Source: a virus
Lineage: Duplodnaviria; Heunggongvirae; Uroviricota; Caudoviricetes
IMG/VR virus record: IMGVR_UViG_3300049044_000033
Coordinates: 32,001-96,000 of that record
DNA: 64,000 nucleotides
Strand: one strand, 5' to 3'
Below the pieces are notes generated by a model, which saw nothing but the letters and a program-made list of their open reading frames with translations, searched no databases and was not told the origin of the DNA. The position numbers and the translations under genes were made by a program. Within the stretch, counting starts at the first letter, position 1. Each line of letters starts with the position of its first letter. Shown in pieces: positions 1 through 7,574 of this stretch.

Positions 1-244
1 TAGCATCCCGGAGTTCAGCAAAGACAAATAAGCCTACGGCATTTTCTTCAATGCCTTGCTCGTCATCCATTATAGCAGACTTAGAAAACTGCCTAACGCT
101 ATCTAGGATTAGAATCTCATAGTCACCCTGAATGTTATCTTTGATCCATTCAATCAGTTCCAAGGAACCATCCTTGGTTAATGCTTGATGAAAACTCACG
201 AGAGGCTTCATCACAATATGACCTGAAGGCATACTGAGTTTCAT
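1..244 (-). CDS. LFKLxW-family small protein (3' end beyond window edge)
   Basis: Manual translation MKLSMPSGHIV...LIEWIKDNIQG...LFVFAELRDA; ATG overlaps the TGA of 241..522. Confidence 0.8.
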   Translation of the reverse strand, partial: MKLSMPSGHIVMKPLVSFHQALTKDGSLELIEWIKDNIQGDYEILILDSVRQFSKSAIMDDEQGIEENAVGLFVFAELRDA

Positions 245-522
245 CTATTGCCCCATACCATCTTAAACAAAATTGCTTCCCTGGGATCCTCAAAAATCCA
301 AAGCCATTGCTCATAAGAGCGATCACCCTCAGCGTCGTTGTCTAACACCTTCTTTTCAGAAAGGTGCATCCCTTGACGCATAAACACGGTGTCAATTTTG
401 CCATACACATTATCAGCCACCCATTGGCCAATATCTTCGAAGAACTGAATCCTGGCCGGTTGTTCCATTAAGTGCTCAACAGAGATCACTACAATGGAAC
501 CATGATGCAAATCTAGTTTCAT
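241..522 (-). CDS. LFKLxW-family small protein
   Basis: C-terminus FEDPREAILFKMVWGNR; ATGA overlaps. Confidence 0.85.
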   Translation of the reverse strand: MKLDLHHGSIVVISVEHLMEQPARIQFFEDIGQWVADNVYGKIDTVFMRQGMHLSEKKVLDNDAEGDRSYEQWLWIFEDPREAILFKMVWGNR

Positions 523-812
523 GCCCAGGTCATCTTGAATAAGAGGAAAGTTTTAAGGTCCTTGAAAGCCACATAGTCGTGATTGTTATAGGGATTCCAA
601 GATCGATAATGGTGGTAAGGGGCGCACCACTCGATCATATCAGTATTCTTGGATCCTATTGTGCCTAAGTTGAACCAGAGGCCATATGGATGACCCTGCT
701 TGGCAGCATCTTCTTCAAGCGATTTAGCAAACCGAGCCGACGCCGCATCCCATTCGCGTTGATCTTCTTCCGCGAGTTCAGCACTAGGCTTCCAATGTTG
801 GATTTGCTTCAT
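519..812 (-). CDS. LFKLxW-family small protein
   Basis: C-terminus FKDLKTFLLFKMTWA; start moved to ATG 812 (ATGA overlap, GGGGTGG SD). Confidence 0.85.
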   Translation of the reverse strand: MKQIQHWKPSAELAEEDQREWDAASARFAKSLEEDAAKQGHPYGLWFNLGTIGSKNTDMIEWCAPYHHYRSWNPYNNHDYVAFKDLKTFLLFKMTWA

Positions 813-1030
813 TGGCCACCCCATCTGAGCTTAAACAACATCGCAGAATCAGAAGTTGGAAAGAAGAATAATACATCTGAGCCAATCTCTGTAAAAATCA
901 AATCATTGAGGATTTCAGGATATGTGGATTTAACCCAGTCAATTACATCATCATCTAAGAAGCAAGTAGGACCATCGCTGTCCCATACTATATGGGCAAT
1001 GCCTTTCTTAGGGAGTCGAAGGCTTATCAC
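809..1030 (-). CDS. LFKLxW-family small protein
   Basis: C-terminus FPTSDSAMLFKLRWGGQ; GTGA overlap start. Confidence 0.85.
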   Translation of the reverse strand: MISLRLPKKGIAHIVWDSDGPTCFLDDDVIDWVKSTYPEILNDLIFTEIGSDVLFFFPTSDSAMLFKLRWGGQ

Positions 1031-1281
1031 TGGCCACCCCAAGTAAGCTTGAACAGAGCAGCATCAGCCTCAGTATCAAAGTAAGCCTTCATCACAGGAC
1101 GACTAATCATGCGATCACTTGAATACCATACTCGTTGGTAGGCATTTTCTTTACCATAGTGATCTACCATCCATTGATACAGATTATCGATGTCGCGGAT
1201 GGGATAGACGAACGTTAGGCAAAACGGACCAAATCCCTCGAATGTCTCCGGACATACCCTGCCCTCTCGCGTGAGTTTCAT
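1027..1281 (-). CDS. LFKLxW-family small protein
   Basis: C-terminus FDTEADAALFKLTWGGQ; ATGA overlap start. Confidence 0.85.
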   Translation of the reverse strand: MKLTREGRVCPETFEGFGPFCLTFVYPIRDIDNLYQWMVDHYGKENAYQRVWYSSDRMISRPVMKAYFDTEADAALFKLTWGGQ

Positions 1282-1508
1282 TTGCCACCCCATACAAGTT
1301 TGAACAATAAAGCAACCTTGGGATCTTGAATCTCAACGATGCTATTTTGACCACAAGGAGAGAGGTCATGATCCCACCCAGTTGGTCCGGCGTGATCATC
1401 TAGCCATTGGAAGATCACTGAATTGAATACCTCAACAGTGCCCCAAGGAGACTCATGACATTTCTCCACAGACCAAGCCAAGCTACCAGGGATTTCAACT
1501 CTATACAT
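1278..1508 (-). CDS. LFKLxW-family small protein
   Basis: C-terminus IQDPKVALLFKLVWGGK; GGAG SD. Confidence 0.85.
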   Translation of the reverse strand: MYRVEIPGSLAWSVEKCHESPWGTVEVFNSVIFQWLDDHAGPTGWDHDLSPCGQNSIVEIQDPKVALLFKLVWGGK

Positions 1509-1530
1509 CTACTCCGCTATAGCGGGTTCC

Positions 1531-1782
1531 TTATAGCCATGTCAATTTGAACAATAGAGCATCACGATGGCACTCGAACTCACATGACATGAAGATAACT
1601 TGACCTGGTAAGGATTCCTTAACCGCCCAACGGAATTCATAATCATACTGGAGGAAGTCGAGAGCCCAATTATAGAAGAACTCAGCAAAGCGATGGCGGT
1701 ACTGAATCTCTGGATATTCAGCAGCCAATTCATTAAGGCGGGTCGAATGAATCTCAAGCCGGTGAGGGTATTCTACATCCAT
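1531..1782 (-). CDS. LFKLxW-family small protein
   Basis: C-terminus FECHRDALLFKLTWL. Confidence 0.85.
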   Translation of the reverse strand: MDVEYPHRLEIHSTRLNELAAEYPEIQYRHRFAEFFYNWALDFLQYDYEFRWAVKESLPGQVIFMSCEFECHRDALLFKLTWL

Positions 1783-1964
1783 GTTAATTTGAACAGCACC
1801 GCATCGGCTGGATTCTGAAAGGCAAACACCATCTTGATGACGCCACTCTCCAACCTACAGAAACAATCCCAAGACTTATCTAAACCGGCTGATCCTAATC
1901 TTTCTTTCAGCCAGTCGATCATCTGAAAGCTAACTAGGTCATATATGGTAGTGAGTTCAATCAC
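1773..1964 (-). CDS. LFKLxW-family small protein
   Basis: C-terminus FQNPADAVLFKLTWM. Confidence 0.85.
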   Translation of the reverse strand: MIELTTIYDLVSFQMIDWLKERLGSAGLDKSWDCFCRLESGVIKMVFAFQNPADAVLFKLTWM

Positions 1965-2194
1965 CAGACTTCTACTTTAAACAATATGGCTTCGGAGAGC
2001 TTTTCAAACAACAAGACACAATACTCTGAGGTTGACTTCCCACTATTGTCAAACCACAAACCACCATGGCGTAGTCCCCTACGTCCAATCCATTCATTGA
2101 ACCGGTCTGATGTAGTGTAGCCATCGACACCATAAGGATGCTCTTTCCAGATATTCGAGTTACTGTAGGGAGCCACTACCTCGATCAGGCCCAT
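1961..2194 (-). CDS. LFKLxW-family small protein
   Basis: C-terminus FEKLSEAILFKVEVW. Confidence 0.8.
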   Translation of the reverse strand: MGLIEVVAPYSNSNIWKEHPYGVDGYTTSDRFNEWIGRRGLRHGGLWFDNSGKSTSEYCVLLFEKLSEAILFKVEVW

Positions 2195-2616
2195 GTCAAC
2201 TTGACCATCACTTGTTGATCAGCGGGAACCCAGAGGGTCATAGTCTCTATACCATAATGGATGAACTTGAATCCATCAACAATAGGGAAGTCGCGAGCTT
2301 TACACCATTGCCTGAACTCTTCAGACTTCTCCTGTGGGATCTTGATATTCATCTCCACATAGCCACGCTCAATTAGCTCTGCCTCGGTGACGATCTCCTC
2401 ATCGTCAGATTCATCCCACTTGACTACCGTGGCGTTAAACATCATCTTGAACTGGAGAGCATAACGCTTGTCAAACAACTCCACGTTGTAGATCAGATGA
2501 CCATTAGCATCTACGCGGTTGGCTCCTTTGTAATCACCATGGAGGTAATAGCGAAGTTGATGATCCATCTCAAACAGATCATTATGCTCCTCAGAGACAT
2601 CAAAGACGTAACTCAC
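2185..2616 (-). CDS. LFKLxW-family protein with two tandem domains
   Basis: Internal LFDKRYALQFKMMF and terminal QQVMVKLTWA; GTGA overlap start. Confidence 0.8.
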   Translation of the reverse strand: MSYVFDVSEEHNDLFEMDHQLRYYLHGDYKGANRVDANGHLIYNVELFDKRYALQFKMMFNATVVKWDESDDEEIVTEAELIERGYVEMNIKIPQEKSEEFRQWCKARDFPIVDGFKFIHYGIETMTLWVPADQQVMVKLTWA

Positions 2617-2897
2617 AAACCACCCCACATTAGTTTAAACAACATTGCTTCCTTTTTAGTAAGGAAATGAACCAAGGAACGTCTACCAAATTGCGACCCC
2701 TTGAAAGTAGGCGTAGCATATGGATAAAGCCTAAGATCAACAATTTTCACCGTTACCCTAGGAACAACCGGCTGACAATTCTCTCGAACCCAAGTAAACA
2801 TATCCAGGCGCAATCTTGACATCTGGTCCACCAATTGATGAGTTGCTTCATACGCCAACTCAACTTGATACTTGCCCTTCGGGTGTAGTTCAGTCAT
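2613..2897 (-). CDS. LFKLxW-family small protein
   Basis: C-terminus FLTKKEAMLFKLMWGGL. Confidence 0.85.
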   Translation of the reverse strand: MTELHPKGKYQVELAYEATHQLVDQMSRLRLDMFTWVRENCQPVVPRVTVKIVDLRLYPYATPTFKGSQFGRRSLVHFLTKKEAMLFKLMWGGL

Positions 2898-3088
2898 CCC
2901 CAGGTCAACTTAAACAAAAGAGCATCCTTATAACAGGCAAACCTGAATTCTAAAAGAGCTTTTCCATCCTCATCATAGCTTACTCTGCCGTCCCAAGTCA
3001 AACTTCCAGGAAGACCAAACTGATCTTTAGCCCAGCGAAAAGGTTTTAAGGAATCATCACCTATGGGAATCTTAACAATGTGCTTCAT
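2894..3088 (-). CDS. LFKLxW-family small protein
   Basis: C-terminus FACYKDALLFKLTWG. Confidence 0.85.
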   Translation of the reverse strand: MKHIVKIPIGDDSLKPFRWAKDQFGLPGSLTWDGRVSYDEDGKALLEFRFACYKDALLFKLTWG

Positions 3089-3306
3089 CCCCAGGTCAAC
3101 TTGAAAAGCATAGCAGTCTTTTTGTCGGAGAAATTGTAGAATGTCCCACTGACTCTGCCATCAATACCAGAGAAGCCACACGAACCAAGCCATTTCTTCC
3201 CAGCATGAACTTTGAGCCATTCCTCAATTTCAGGACGAAGTGGCATACCAAAACCATCATAAACCCAAATCTCATGATGCAGGCCCTGCTCTACATACCG
3301 ACTCAT
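3085..3306 (-). CDS. LFKLxW-family small protein
   Basis: C-terminus FSDKKTAMLFKLTWG; ATGA overlap start. Confidence 0.85.
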   Translation of the reverse strand: MSRYVEQGLHHEIWVYDGFGMPLRPEIEEWLKVHAGKKWLGSCGFSGIDGRVSGTFYNFSDKKTAMLFKLTWG

Positions 3307-3539
3307 ATCCATGCCAACTTTAAAAGAGTAGCCTTCCTAGGATCCTTGATGTAGAAACACAAAATCCAAGAAGCCCCTGAACGTTTCCGCCAAGCAGACC
3401 AACCGTCTCCATACCACTGCTTGTCGTGAAGACTGAAATCAGTCAAAGGTCCAATATTCCCTTCCAGCCATTCCACTAGACTACCGGGAAGATCCCCCTT
3501 CTCCAAATCAATAGGTAGATCCATAAGAACGAAACTCAT
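3303..3539 (-). CDS. LFKLxW-family small protein
   Basis: C-terminus IKDPRKATLLKLAWI; ATGA overlap start. Confidence 0.85.
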   Translation of the reverse strand: MSFVLMDLPIDLEKGDLPGSLVEWLEGNIGPLTDFSLHDKQWYGDGWSAWRKRSGASWILCFYIKDPRKATLLKLAWI

Positions 3540-3739
3540 CTGCCACCCCAAGCTAACTTGAAATGAAAGGCTGATTCCAAATCAGCAAACCTAACAAGAC
3601 AGCTATTCGTAAAAAGACTAATCTCAAAGTCACAATTGGGATAATGGTCAACTATCCATTGCTTGAGCTCTTGAGCAAACTCATAACAGTCAACTGAACT
3701 AGGATAGCGAACTTCAATGCCAGATAACCAATTACTCAT
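3536..3739 (-). CDS. LFKLxW-family small protein
   Basis: C-terminus FADLESAFHFKLAWGGR. Confidence 0.85.
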   Translation of the reverse strand: MSNWLSGIEVRYPSSVDCYEFAQELKQWIVDHYPNCDFEISLFTNSCLVRFADLESAFHFKLAWGGR

Positions 3740-3992
3740 GCCACATCAACTTGAACAAAGTAGCCTGCGAAGCCTCTCCAAACTGGAATACCATACCATT
3801 GTCGCGAGCTTCCATTCCCCAATCATAGGTCATATTCTCAACTGCCCATGTCTCAAACTCAGGTTGAAGATCACGATGACTCCTACCAGAATTTTTCTCA
3901 CGAATCCTCAAAAGAATACCCATCGCACCTAATGCCGGAACCCATACCTTCTCATTGGAAAATGGAATGAAAACTTCGTAACTAGAACTCAT
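3732..3992 (-). CDS. LFKLxW-family small protein
   Basis: C-terminus FGEASQATLFKLMWHE. Confidence 0.85.
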   Translation of the reverse strand: MSSSYEVFIPFSNEKVWVPALGAMGILLRIREKNSGRSHRDLQPEFETWAVENMTYDWGMEARDNGMVFQFGEASQATLFKLMWHE

Positions 3993-4282
3993 ACGCCACC
4001 ATACGTCAACTTGAACAAAAGAGCCACAGTGGAATCATAGATCACTAGAGTGGCAATAGGATCCCTCTTTTCTCGTGGCTCGTCGATCGGAGGCCTTACG
4101 GATCTCTCCCCACAATAATACCAGCGAGTCCTAGCATCCAACCATTCTTCAACTTCTGGTCGAAGTCGTCGACCCCAAGCCTTGTAACCAGGCTGCTCGA
4201 ACATCAAAACAGCATTCGCCTTTGTAGGAGGCCGCTTGTAATCAACAGAAGCACTGGCCGGAATTTTGATCTTGGTAATCAT
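3989..4282 (-). CDS. LFKLxW-family small protein
   Basis: C-terminus IYDSTVALLFKLTYGGV; ATGA overlap start. Confidence 0.85.
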   Translation of the reverse strand: MITKIKIPASASVDYKRPPTKANAVLMFEQPGYKAWGRRLRPEVEEWLDARTRWYYCGERSVRPPIDEPREKRDPIATLVIYDSTVALLFKLTYGGV

Positions 4283-4524
4283 ATACCACCCCAAGTCAAC
4301 TTGAACAACATAGCAACATCATAGTCATCAAACACAACTATGGCTTTCTGAGGGTTGTGACTATCTACCGTCCATAACCAAGAACAACCTGGTGAGTAGC
4401 CAGTGAACGCAGAACCTGATCCAATATGATCCAATAACCAATACAGAACATCTCCCCGCAACTTGTAACTAGGTGGCGACCTATGGAACTCTAGAAGGTC
4501 ATTGGATATAGATACCCCGATCAT
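4279..4524 (-). CDS. LFKLxW-family small protein
   Basis: C-terminus FDDYDVAMLFKLTWGGI. Confidence 0.85.
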   Translation of the reverse strand: MIGVSISNDLLEFHRSPPSYKLRGDVLYWLLDHIGSGSAFTGYSPGCSWLWTVDSHNPQKAIVVFDDYDVAMLFKLTWGGI

Positions 4525-4826
4525 ATACCACCCCAGGTCATCTTAAACAGAAGAGCGGTATCAGGATCCTCTATAGAGAAAACCGCAGGACCATACTCAA
4601 CTAACTGTGGCCCATCAATATGAATCATGTCACAATACATAAACCATACCTGAATCTCTGGAATATTATTCCAATGACGTCCGCCGCCCTCTAACTCCCA
4701 ATATGACCCACTGGCGTTGAGCCAATCTTCTACCTCTCTAAAGAGAAGATACTGAACATTCTGCCCACCATGAACACCCATGACGAACACGCGCTCATTA
4801 TGCGGGCTGATATCCACCTTAGTCAT
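4521..4826 (-). CDS. LFKLxW-family small protein (first gene of array)
   Basis: C-terminus IEDPDTALLFKMTWGGI. Confidence 0.85.
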   Translation of the reverse strand: MTKVDISPHNERVFVMGVHGGQNVQYLLFREVEDWLNASGSYWELEGGGRHWNNIPEIQVWFMYCDMIHIDGPQLVEYGPAVFSIEDPDTALLFKMTWGGI

Positions 4827-4828
4827 AA

Positions 4829-5704
4829 GACTCTCTATAGCGGAGACTCAAAAGGTTTGTCACTATAGAGCTACATCATACTCTATAGAGGCAAAACTAC
4901 CCGCTAACCCATCGTGGGTCATTAACCCATAGTCCTCACTATAGAGAGTAACTCTATCTGTTAGGGTTAACGGTTAAGCATACTGATAACCGGAGTTGAG
5001 GAAAGGTCTAAAAGAGGTGATATATTGGCTATTTTTCCACCTATTTTCTGGGTAAGAATAGGGCTTAAGGTTTCCATGTTTGCTGGACTTTGGAGAATGA
5101 CTGGAGGAGGCAATGGAGAAAATAATTCTCCTGATAGACGCCGTCTTTTTTGGTGGTTTTGACGCCTTTTATTCACACCAATATTTTCCTCTATAGAGGA
5201 CTCTGAGTACGGGAGAGTCTCTATAGTAGTCTATAGTGGGTTCTATAGGCTTTACTCTACTTCTACACTATAGTGGACAGACGAGTCTTTCTGAGTGATC
5301 TATAGAGACTTATTACTATAGCTGTCACTATAGTGGTTATCTGGGTCTATGCTAGTTCTGACAATGGCGATTGTTAGTCTAGCAGTAAAGTCTCCATGGG
5401 GGTGGTTCGGGGACTTGTGGCTTTATAGAGGAATGGCATATGTGTCCAGTCTGAAAAGCGCGCAAGCGCGCTATCATTCGTAGAGGAGGTGATTGCGGAG
5501 ATTTCTACATTCTCTGGCAGCTTTTGGGAAAATAGTGGGAGGAGGATTGTGGCGCGTTTTGTCAACTCTATAGTGGATTTTGAGAGTTCCACTGGCCGTT
5601 CTCACTATAGTTTATTTATGCTCAAACTATGTAGTTTTTGAGGGCTCTGAAAAATATTTTTCCACTATAGTTTTACTTGTGACCAGCTGCTAGGTCCACT
5701 ATAG
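4829..5704. repeat. Non-coding tract with 16 CTATAG palindromes (extended consensus CWCTATAGWG)
   Basis: CTATAG counted at 4835, 4863, 4883, 4939, 5191, 5221, 5231, 5243, 5268, 5300, 5316, 5328, 5568, 5605, 5665, 5699 (the last lies just inside the next CDS). Confidence 0.9.
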
Positions 5705-6014
5705 AGACGTTCTGGGCGCGTTCTTCCTCTATTGCGTTTTCTCGGAGAGTTTGGCTCAACACCACAGTCTCGGCTCTATACTGGTCGATCACTTCTTTCA
5801 AACCTTTCAAGTAAATCTGTCCAAATGCTTCTGGGTTGTTCTCTAGATATTCTGCCACTTCAAAGAGTTCTCGGGCGCGTGGAGGGAAGAGGTTTGCCCA
5901 GTCGGCAAATCCTCGCTCTATAGTGTTGATGTAATGGAAAACTCTCTGGCGTGTGAGTCGTTCTTGCGTTTCTGCGTCTATTGCGGCTTCTGGGCCTTGG
6001 TAATAAGTGGTCAT
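5673..6014 (-). CDS. hypothetical protein
   Basis: GGAGG SD 5 nt before ATG 6014; helical-looking 113 aa. Confidence 0.7.
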   Translation of the reverse strand: MTTYYQGPEAAIDAETQERLTRQRVFHYINTIERGFADWANLFPPRARELFEVAEYLENNPEAFGQIYLKGLKEVIDQYRAETVVLSQTLRENAIEEERAQNVSIVDLAAGHK

Positions 6015-6091
6015 TCTTTCCTCCATCTGTCTAATTAGCAGACTGCGTCTGCCTCATTTGTGGAGGAGGGTTTCTCCATTCTAGTCAAAAG

Positions 6092-6120
6092 AAAACCCGA
6101 GGCTTTTTACTTCCTCGGGT
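6092..6120 (-). terminator. intrinsic terminator after tail-fibre operon
   Basis: ACCCGAGG/CCTCGGGT stem followed by a T-run on the minus strand. Confidence 0.7.
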
Positions 6121-6142
6121 CATCTTTATTCTAGGGCGCGTC

Positions 6143-7549
6143 TTAGTTACGCAGGACCACTCGTGCTCTGCTAGGAGTAGTATCCACGCCTTGCTCGAAA
6201 TCTGGTGTAGAAAATACCAGATAGTCTCCAACAGTTAAACTTAGATCTGCGCTTACTGGGATATCAATAGTACCAGTAGTCGATCCCGACAAGAAAGTAA
6301 CAGTGCCAATAGTAACTCCATTCTTTTTAATAGGGAAGATAAGATCAATATCACCCGGTTCATCAGCTATTGCTATTGAATTAGCCAACACAATAGTAAA
6401 ATTGGAGATAGCCATATTAGTAACAGGTTCGACAATTAGGAATGTTTGAACCGCAAATACTTGTGGAGTTTCTGAGACTTCAACTGCATCAATGTTATCC
6501 TGAAGAGTATCAAGTGCCGTCTGCAAGCCAGTGATGTCGGCAATTGCGTGACCATGACCAGTTGGAGACTTACCGTCTAGTTCTCCCTGAAGACCATTCA
6601 CATCCTCAATCTCATGACTGTGAGTCTTTGCTGCGACCACATCAAGCAAGTCAGTAATGTCAGCGGCCACATGAGTATGAACAGTATTCGCTTTGGTCGC
6701 CAATCCAGTAGCCAAGTCATCACTTTCAAGCTTCAAGTCCAAGGCTGCTTGTAGGCCCTCAATATTCTCAACGCCAAATGCTCCGCCAACATTCATCTTG
6801 TTATCGAGTTCTGACTGAAGTCCAGTAACATCAGAGATCGCGTGGGTGTGAACTGTGGCTGCTTTGCCGTCAAGTGCTGCCTGGGTCAGAGTGCTAATTG
6901 GCTTATCTGCGTCAGCAGTATTATTGACGTTCGAGAGACCAATGACGCTCTTTACTTGGGTGGAGGTTAGTTCCTCTGCTGCACCACTTCCCGTTGTATT
7001 GCGACCCAATAGCCTCTGGGTTGCCATCTGAATGTCAGCTGGTACATGGGTGTGAGTGGTTGCTGCCTTACCATTTAGAGCAGTCTGTGTCGCGCTGCTA
7101 ATTGGCTTATCTGCGTCAGTGGTATTGTCCACATTAGCCAAGCCAACTGCTGCCTTGTTGAGTGTTGCCCAAGTCTTGTCACCCTTCCAATACTGTCCAG
7201 TCGTGCCGGCCGCGATGGTAGGCTCTTTGCTGTTCAGAGCCGTTTGGGCTGCGGTGCTAATTGGCTTGTCGGCATCCGCGGTGTTGTTTACCTGATCCAG
7301 TGCCAACATTGATTTAACCGAGGTGCTATTCAGAGCAGCCACTGCACCACTAGTGGATGCAGTGCGTCCAACCAGTGCCGGACCAGTCATTGTCAGACCC
7401 GAGGTAGTGATGCTACCCTGATCTACCTTAGTGTCAAGATCAGTATAGACTTCATCAAAGTTGCTGTTGGTTTTGATGAAAGCGTCACGTAGTCCTTCAC
7501 CGTCGCCAGCATTGGCGCTAGTGCCAACATTGATAGTTTGCTTTGCCAT
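6143..7549 (-). CDS. tail fibre / baseplate-attached fibre protein
   Basis: N-terminal KQTINVGTSANAGDGEGLRDAFIKTNSNFDEVY (T4 gp9/gp10-like motif); 3x VxNTxDADKPIS repeats; several HxHxIxDVxGLQ phage tail repeats. Confidence 0.8.
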   Translation of the reverse strand: MAKQTINVGTSANAGDGEGLRDAFIKTNSNFDEVYTDLDTKVDQGSITTSGLTMTGPALVGRTASTSGAVAALNSTSVKSMLALDQVNNTADADKPISTAAQTALNSKEPTIAAGTTGQYWKGDKTWATLNKAAVGLANVDNTTDADKPISSATQTALNGKAATTHTHVPADIQMATQRLLGRNTTGSGAAEELTSTQVKSVIGLSNVNNTADADKPISTLTQAALDGKAATVHTHAISDVTGLQSELDNKMNVGGAFGVENIEGLQAALDLKLESDDLATGLATKANTVHTHVAADITDLLDVVAAKTHSHEIEDVNGLQGELDGKSPTGHGHAIADITGLQTALDTLQDNIDAVEVSETPQVFAVQTFLIVEPVTNMAISNFTIVLANSIAIADEPGDIDLIFPIKKNGVTIGTVTFLSGSTTGTIDIPVSADLSLTVGDYLVFSTPDFEQGVDTTPSRARVVLRN

Positions 7550-7574
7550 GTTGTTCTCCTTTGCTTATGGCGAC

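Noticed and set aside
4967-5592. ORFs 4967..5176 and 5374..5592
   Set aside because: GTG starts without SD, low-complexity translations, and they lie inside the palindrome tract; probably non-coding.
4935-5610. CTCACTATAG (4935, 5601) matches the 3' half of the T7 promoter
   Set aside because: The TAATACGA specificity region is absent and the match is explained by the local CTATAG palindrome repeat; no single-subunit RNAP in the window.
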